DNA from: the human T2T-CHM13v2.0 reference genome, Homo sapiens | Reading direction: 5' to 3' (one strand) | NCBI RefSeq assembly: GCF_009914755.1 | Contig: NC_060927.1 | DNA length: 64,000 bases | In this document: piece after piece, positions 56,832 through 64,000 of the stretch | Layout: the number at the start of each line of letters is the position of its first letter | Numbering within the stretch: position 1 is the stretch's first letter | Position numbers and translations under genes: made by a program | Notes under the pieces: generated by a model | Told to the model about the DNA's origin: nothing | The model's input: only the letters and a program-made list of their open reading frames with translations | Database searches by the model: none

Positions 56832-57074
56832 GATGTTACAAAAAACACAACAACTCTGCTATTTCTCCTGTTGGGGCTTAATTCCTTGTTCCTCAAAAAC
56901 GAAAACAAAAAACAAAAAACATGCGGCGTCTTGGTCTTGTTCCCAGAAGTTTTGAATGATGGGACCGTTTTGTACCCTGGGTATAGGAATTTATAAGAAG
57001 TCTTCAAGTGATTCTAATTTAAGTCAAGTTTACAAAATATTGGCCAGAGTGAGGAAAAATAATGAACAAGCAAG

Positions 57075-57109
57075 CACACACACACACACAGACACACACA
57101 CACACACAC
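57075..57109. repeat. (CA)n microsatellite, one GA interruption
   Basis: cacacacacacacacagacacacacacacacacac. Confidence 0.97.
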
Positions 57110-57206
57110 GTTTTGTGGTCAGGAGACATGAGTTTCATCTCTATCAATGATTGATTTGTGACTTCTAGCAAGTCCTTCACTATTCTATACTTTGTGAGAT
57201 ATTGGC

Positions 57207-57415
57207 CAGTTGACTTCAAAGTTTTTAAAGCCATGGAACCCTTCCTCCAGTGAAAACCTCATGGGAGCCTTGTACGTCACACACAAAAAAGCAGAGTTGC
57301 TTTGGTTAAACAGAGAAGGAAGATAGGAGGCTCAACATTCTGTCTTGATGTTACAAAATTCTACTGAGGCATGTTTTCAGAGTGCTTCAATGCTTCAAGG
57401 AACCCATACAGTACT
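57207..57415. mobile_element. Probable old hAT-Charlie-type element
   Basis: cagttgacttcaaagttttt...ggaacccttcctcc...aaaagcagagttgctttggtt...ggaaccc. Confidence 0.45.
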
Positions 57416-58676
57416 ATGAATTTTAGAGCTCCATTTTCTTTCTGAACTATGATTTGATTGGATAAAACTGAATGCTGCTTATGAGTTTTGCTTGCACCTG
57501 ATTTCATGTGACTTGATCCACAATTAAGTTTTATTTTTGTTTTCTGATCAGTTTTACCAATGAATAAAGTTGTTTCTTTCTGATTGACCCCCTCTCACCA
57601 GACAACTGCAAAGCTATGATAGGATTTGCTTCCATGCTCTGTGCTTCACAACAGTAGGGCAGAGTATTTCTAATTGAAAGATCCTCAGTTCCTTCATCAA
57701 TCCCATAAATATTTTATGTCACAACTGGAGCTGAAGGGTGGCCTTGAAATTTTGAAAAATTGGGTCACAATTGGTTTGACCTGAGCACATTTGTGAGAGT
57801 CTACATCATTAAGAAATAGTTCCCCTTCATTATTTATAAGAACACAGAAGCAGACGTGCAATTGTTCCCTGTATAATTTTCACACATAAAATATCACGTA
57901 GTTGGAAGACACTGTTAAAGAGCATAATGCACTGCATTTATTTCTGAGATGGAGTTGCCTCTGTCATTGTGTTTAGTAAACACACTTCTATTATGGTGAG
58001 TGGATGGCTGTCAGTTCTGTTTTCTTAAAAAATATCCAATGTATTTCAGTCTTGTCAAACTTCTTGTTTTCATTACATTGCTTATGTATTTAACGAACTT
58101 ATCTTTGATATTAGCTCCAAAAAAACACACAGAGCTTTTCATCCAAAACTATTTCTCCTCTTTAGTCAACTTTTCTGAAATCTACTACTAGACTTACAGA
58201 TTTGCATTTCTGTGTGTACACTAAAGATGTAAAATGTCTTTCCATTCATCTCACTTAAAACAAGTTCCAAAATACAGTGTTTATATAAACAAGTGAGTTT
58301 TTTCCTCACAAAAACTGTATCCATTAAAATATGGAATCCATACCAAGGAAGTCACTTATCTTTTTAACACAGAAGTTAAAAATGCCTAGATCACAAAATT
58401 CAATAGAAATCCTGCTTATTGCTCAATTTCATTTGGAGGGAGCCTTTTCATTGAAAAGAAATGGTCTCCTGTGGATGAGGACATTGAGGCAAATTTAGAA
58501 ATGTGGAAATCTAACTTCATTTGCTGTTCATTTTCATGATTGAAGAAACACTCTTGTCTTTCATTTCCTCCTGATTAGAGTTTCCTGATAACATAGTCTT
58601 TGCTTTTAAGACATACCAGGGCTAAATCATATTAAAAATTTTTGTGTATGAATTTTGTTCTTTTTAAAGTGAAGTA

Positions 58677-59008
58677 TAGTCATGCCTTGATATTCATGGG
58701 GATTGGTTCCAGAACCTCCCTTGGATACCAAAATCCACAGATGCTCAAGTCCCTGATATAAAATGTCGTAGTATTTGCACATAAACTATGCACATCCTCT
58801 CATATACTTTAAATCATCCCAAGACTACTTATGATACATAATACATACTGTTTAAATGCTACGTAAATAGCTGTTATACTGTATCATATGGAAAATAATG
58901 ACAAAAAAGTATGTACTTCTTCAGTACAGACACACTTTTTAAAAATATTTTGATACGTGGTAGGTTGAATCCATTGATGCAGAACCCATGGATACAGAGG
59001 ACCAACTG
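58677..59008 (+). mobile_element. MER2 (TcMar-Tigger MITE)
   Basis: ggggattggttccag...aaaatccacagatgctcaagtcc...gaacccatggatacagaggaccaactg; TA on both sides. Confidence 0.93.
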
Positions 59009-59769
59009 TATACCTGCATCAAGCTTTCTGAACACCCATGACATGATTTCTCTTATTTTCCAAAATTATCCAAGCATGTCAAATGTCATTCCACTGTGCA
59101 GCTTTTCTGGATTATGCTAGAATAATTATTTGCTAGCTATAATATACTCCTATAGTATTCCTACAAGTTTCTTTTATTTCCTATTACTGACAGTAATATT
59201 TTCTACTCACTGTATTGGACCATGAGAAAGTATGCATCTTAATTTATTGGTATGCATTTTAGAATTACTGTGTACATTGAACATGGTGGTATTTTTTATT
59301 CCCCCCAAACTCATATGGTATTGGTGGTCCTAAGACCACTGAATTTGCCACAATTATGATATCTGTCTTCTCCGAGAGAATATGAGCCTCTTCAAAGCGA
59401 ATTGTGTTAATCCAAATTGCGTATATTATAATACCTGGATATTTCATAATTAGTAATAAAGAGAATGGAGCTATTGATTAAAAGTAAGCATGGATACATC
59501 TTTACATGCACCAAACAGACCCAAGTAGAAATAGATGAATTAGAAGAGACTGCCTCTCTTATTTAAAGTAGATTAAAAGATGACTGGTATTGTCTTCTTC
59601 TGCCCTGAAACATTGCGTTTTGCATCTGTTTCTCCTGGGTGATTTTGGAAGTGTTTTCTCTCAAGATTCTACATGTCAAAAGAGAACACATGAGCAAGAA
59701 TAGACCTTCAAAGACTTTCAGTGAACAATGCGTGAGCTCCTTCTCAAGCAAGACTAATCAGCATCCATT

Positions 59770-60175
59770 TTTTTTTTCAGAATTGAGAAAGTCTGTATCT
59801 TTCCCAGATTTAAGCTGTAAGAACTATATAATCTTGGAGTTTGTAGGAGACATGTTTTGTAGTATGTGTTGAGGGCGTGTTAGTAAATCAAGTCAATGAA
59901 AGCTAAGCAGGACAGAGAGGGAAAAAAGGTAGGAGAATGGTGAGAGGGATTACTGAAAAGGCAGAAGAGACAGACAGAGTGGAGGACTGGTTCGAATGCC
60001 TGGATACAGTTTTATCTGAATCCAGTAAACTATCAATCATATTGTTTGTTTAATTACATTAGCAAATAATTTATCTTTGTTCTCTCTCTCTCTCCTTTTC
60101 TCCTCTTTCTGTCTTTTCTTGAAACAAGTGTGAGTTGTGTTTCTGACCTTGGCAAACAAACAATATTTGATAATA
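59770..60175 (+). mobile_element. Old MLT1 (J/K-like) LTR, 3' part
   Basis: gttcgaatgcctggatacag...agtgtgagttgtgtttctgaccttggcaaac. Confidence 0.55.
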
Positions 60176-60271
60176 AGAAAAAATACTTAATTATGGAAAA
60201 AATCTGAAGAAACATGGCAAACAAGCTATTTGATAAGAAGAAAAATATTTAATTATGGAAAAAATCTGAAG
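60150..60271. repeat. ~60-bp tandem duplication
   Basis: 60150-60209 and 60215-60271 (tggcaaacaa...tatttgataa...ttaattatggaaaaaatctgaag). Confidence 0.93.
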
Positions 60272-61264
60272 GAATTGTCAGATGTTTTCCTTTAAAAATG
60301 GGTAATAGCACATAGCCCAGAAATTTTTACCTGATGATGATAATAGTGACAAAAGGGGTAGTTCTTCAAATGCTATGTTTATTTTTGCCGTTGAAAACTA
60401 GTTAGTTTAATTTTGTTTACTGAATAATGTGAAATCATTACCACAAAATATATGAACACACTCTGAAGAGCAAAACAGCCAAACAAATTACCTTGGCCAG
60501 TTAAATGGATAAATGACTATTTTCTTTATTCTTAGGAAGTACATCCATTTTTCTAAAGTTCATTACCTCTCCTTACCGTGGTCAATAAGTACTTGTAGAA
60601 CTTCAGGGATAATTTTTGTTTTGAGATAATCAGCCTGAGATGATAGGTTTTGTAGTCTTGATGACTACATTTCTTATTTATAAGTGTGAGGAGTGCTCCC
60701 TCAATTTCACTGTCTTCTCCATAACACATGATCCATGAAAAGCTTCATTCCTCTGAAATCAATCATTAGATCTCAGAAAAAAAGTATGCCCCAGAAAGGG
60801 AACCTGATTTAAAAAGTTAAACTGAAGATGTCTTTTCGGTGTGGACTAGTGTTCTCTTTGCTTTCTTTTGTCTATACTAGTTTTCCTTAACATGTCTCAC
60901 TTCTTCAAGATAAAATTAAAGAAATGCGTGCCAAACACACAGAAGGAATGAAATAGCTGCTGATCTTCAGCCATCTGGGGAGTGGACAGTGATGTGTCCT
61001 AGAGTTCTAGTTCTTCTTCCTGCCCTAGGCCACTTCTGAGGATGGTTGCATTCCTCTTTGTGTCCCCATTCAGTGAAATATTCTCATAAGTATCAATTCT
61101 CAAAAATTTCACTTTGATGTATCAATCATCCTGAGCAGCTTTATGATGGAATGCTTTTTCCCCCAGTAGGAGGCAGAATAACACAGCAAAATCAGATAGA
61201 GAGGTGCATTCTGATTTTGCCACGCCCTATTGTGTCATTTATTAAAAACCTGTTTGTTTTATTT

Positions 61265-61392
61265 AACTTTTTTTAACTTAACTGATGTATAATTGGCAAA
61301 AATGATATATATTTAAGATGTACCATATGATGATTTGACATGCATGTACATTGTGAATCACTGCATTAAACTAATTAACATATCCATCATGC
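61265..61392 (-). mobile_element. L1MA 3' terminal fragment
   Basis: tatatatttaagatgtac...tgatttga...acattgtgaa...ctaattaacatatccatca. Confidence 0.7.
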
Positions 61393-61417
61393 TAATGTGT
61401 AATTTAAGAAAACAATT

Positions 61418-61741
<324 letters not shown>

Positions 61742-62742
61742 TCATCAATGCTAATTAAAATGGTAATAATAATAGTTCCTAACCAGTGAAGTTATTGAGA
61801 TGCTCAGATGACAATATTTAAAATTAATTAGAAATAAAATCTAGCACATGATAAGCAATCAATGTATTAGATATAATTATCAATATTCTCCACCTTTTTT
61901 TCTTCCCCCTCTTATTTCATTCTCATGATGATATAATTAGTGAGCTACTGGCATTAATGGGAGTAACATCATTCCTCAACTGAGTTAAGGAAGAAAAGCA
62001 AACCCTGCAAACTATTATAATAAGCTAAGCCCCATGAAGAAGAGATTTTATTAATTACATGTTACCATGCCAGGATTTTCTATTTAACAGGGGATTTTGA
62101 AGATGAGGTAAAGCCTTAATGCAAAGGCAGATGGAATAGATGGATAACTCCTACTTACTAAGTCATGGTTCCATTGATTCTCTAAGAAAGAATTTTATGC
62201 TTCTCAGCAGGTAAAGAGGGCGGTTCTTCAATTCTCCCTTGAATCACCCCTTAGACAATGCTAATGGATGCAGGTACTGATGCACCCTGCTGATACCTCA
62301 AGGAAAACATAAATCTAACTCCATACATCCCAGGTTGCAGAAGCCTGTCTACCAAAGTGCGTAAAAAGAATGGTCCAACCCTTTCAAGAAAATAACTAAC
62401 CAAATGGTACTCTCAGTAGGAGCCTGCTGTAATTTACTGGAACTGTATTATATGCTTGAATGAGTCCTGGAACAATGCTATTCCACTTTATTCTGAGAGT
62501 TACTCATGATCACACAGATAAGAACAAGTACTAGCAGTAGCCTCTGCTTAAAGTATCATTGCCCTATTAATATATCTGCTGAACATATGGAAGGCATGAG
62601 TTTCAGCACAGAGGGTCTACTGGGGAGAGAGGTGAGCATGCTAAAAATGAAATTGGTATGCAGTCACAATCTGGCCAGACAAGGACTTGCGTTGCAGAGC
62701 TCACATATTTGGCTGTCAGTGGAACATTCCCAGACTTTGGGT

Positions 62743-63030
62743 TTTTTGTTTTTTTTTTTATACTTTAAGTTCTAGGGTACATGTGCACAACATGCAGGTT
62801 TGTTACATGTGTATACATGTGCCATGTTGGTGTGCTGCACCCACTAACTCGTCATTTACATTAGGTATATCTCCTAATGCTATCCCTTCCCCTTCCCCCC
62901 CACCCCATGACAGGCCACGGTGTGTGATGTTCCCCTTCCTGTGTCCACGTGTTCTCATTCTTCAATTCCCACCTATGAGTGAGAACCTGCTGTATTTGGT
63001 TTTTTGTCGTTGTGATAGTTGGCTCAGAAT
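62743..63030 (-). mobile_element. L1PA5-like 3' end
   Basis: Poly-T, ttatactttaagttctagggtac...ccccatgacaggcc...gatagttggctcagaat. Confidence 0.95.
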
Positions 63031-63199
63031 TTGAATAGATGGAAGACACCCCCTTTTTACTTTACTTTCCTGTAATGCTCATACATCTTTGGACTTTCAG
63101 ATTGATTTCTAGAAATAGATCTTTTGCCTACTATAAAAGGGTTCCCCTGGGAAGATTTAGGGTGTAGGGATAGACACAAAGAATGCAAACTGTCTTGCT

Positions 63200-63620
63200 T
63201 CAGGTTTGAAGCTCTCCATGACATGATCCCAAGTCCCTTTCTCAGTCTTATTGCCACTACACATTTTCCTGGGTCTTATACATCAACTAAGCTGGCATCT
63301 TCTGAATCCCCCCAACTTAGGCTTTATTCATTCCCTTGCCTTCCCCCAGACCATCTTCACCATGCTTCTCCAGTTGATAAAATTCTGCATTTTTGAGGTC
63401 CAGCCTAAATGTTATCTCGTCATTGAAGTCTTAGATGGTCTCTTTAGGAAGGTCACGGGTCCAAATTGGTGATACTTTTACTTTGGCTATGGCTTACTTT
63501 CCTTGTTAATGCATGCATCTTTGTCAGGAGGGATTATGTTGTCTTTCTCTCTTTATTTCCCACACAATGCCTACCACAGTAGAGAGTCAGAAGTAGTGCT
63601 GTCCCAACAATTACAAGAAA
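63200..63620 (+). mobile_element. L2 3' region
   Basis: gctctccatgacatgatccc...ggtccagcctaaatgttatctc...tgtctttctctctttatttcccacacaatgccta. Confidence 0.65.
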
Positions 63621-64000
63621 AAAGTCAGACAAAATGCAAGTTCATAACTTTTATGGAAATTGTGATTGAGCTGAAATCTCAAAACAATCAACTAGAAGAA
63701 AATCTGAGGAGAGACAGATGCCTTGAGGGAAACAAATCTGTGATGGAAGCACTTACTTACCTGGGGCATGTGGTATATGCATTTTGCAGAGTTCATTACC
63801 TCTCCTACTTACAATCGTCAATTAGTGTTTCTAAAACTTCAAGGAAAATTTATTTTTTGAGATACTCATTGCAGGGTTATAGGGTTTGTAGTCTTGCTGA
63901 CTAAATTTTATTTTTTTAATTCATAGGTATGAAGGATACTTCCTTAAGTTCTATCACTGTTTTTCCCATAGCACATGATTCAGGAAGCATTAAATCTCAG

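Overview
AT-rich primate genomic DNA, most likely human or great ape given the AluY and L1PA2-type elements. I can support no protein-coding gene, RNA gene, CRISPR array or CpG island. Roughly half the window is interspersed repeats: L1s of many ages, Alus, L2/MIR/L3, MaLR/ERVL/ERV1/ERVK solo LTRs, and Tigger/hAT DNA transposons. The only ORFs resembling real proteins are decayed L1 ORF2 and Tigger transposase remnants. I found no new biological system. The notable content is structural: two end-to-end ancient L1Ms hosting multi-level nests, two twin-primed (5'-inverted) L1s, a probable L1 3' transduction, a ~1.6 kb foreign segment inside an old L1, a young L1 with mixed L1PA2/L1HS diagnostics and no TSD, an AluY with a clean left-arm deletion, several local duplications, and a few candidate non-coding exons and enhancer motif clusters. 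Repeat subfamily names come from recalled consensus sequences, not a RepeatMasker run, and boundaries of old elements are approximate.
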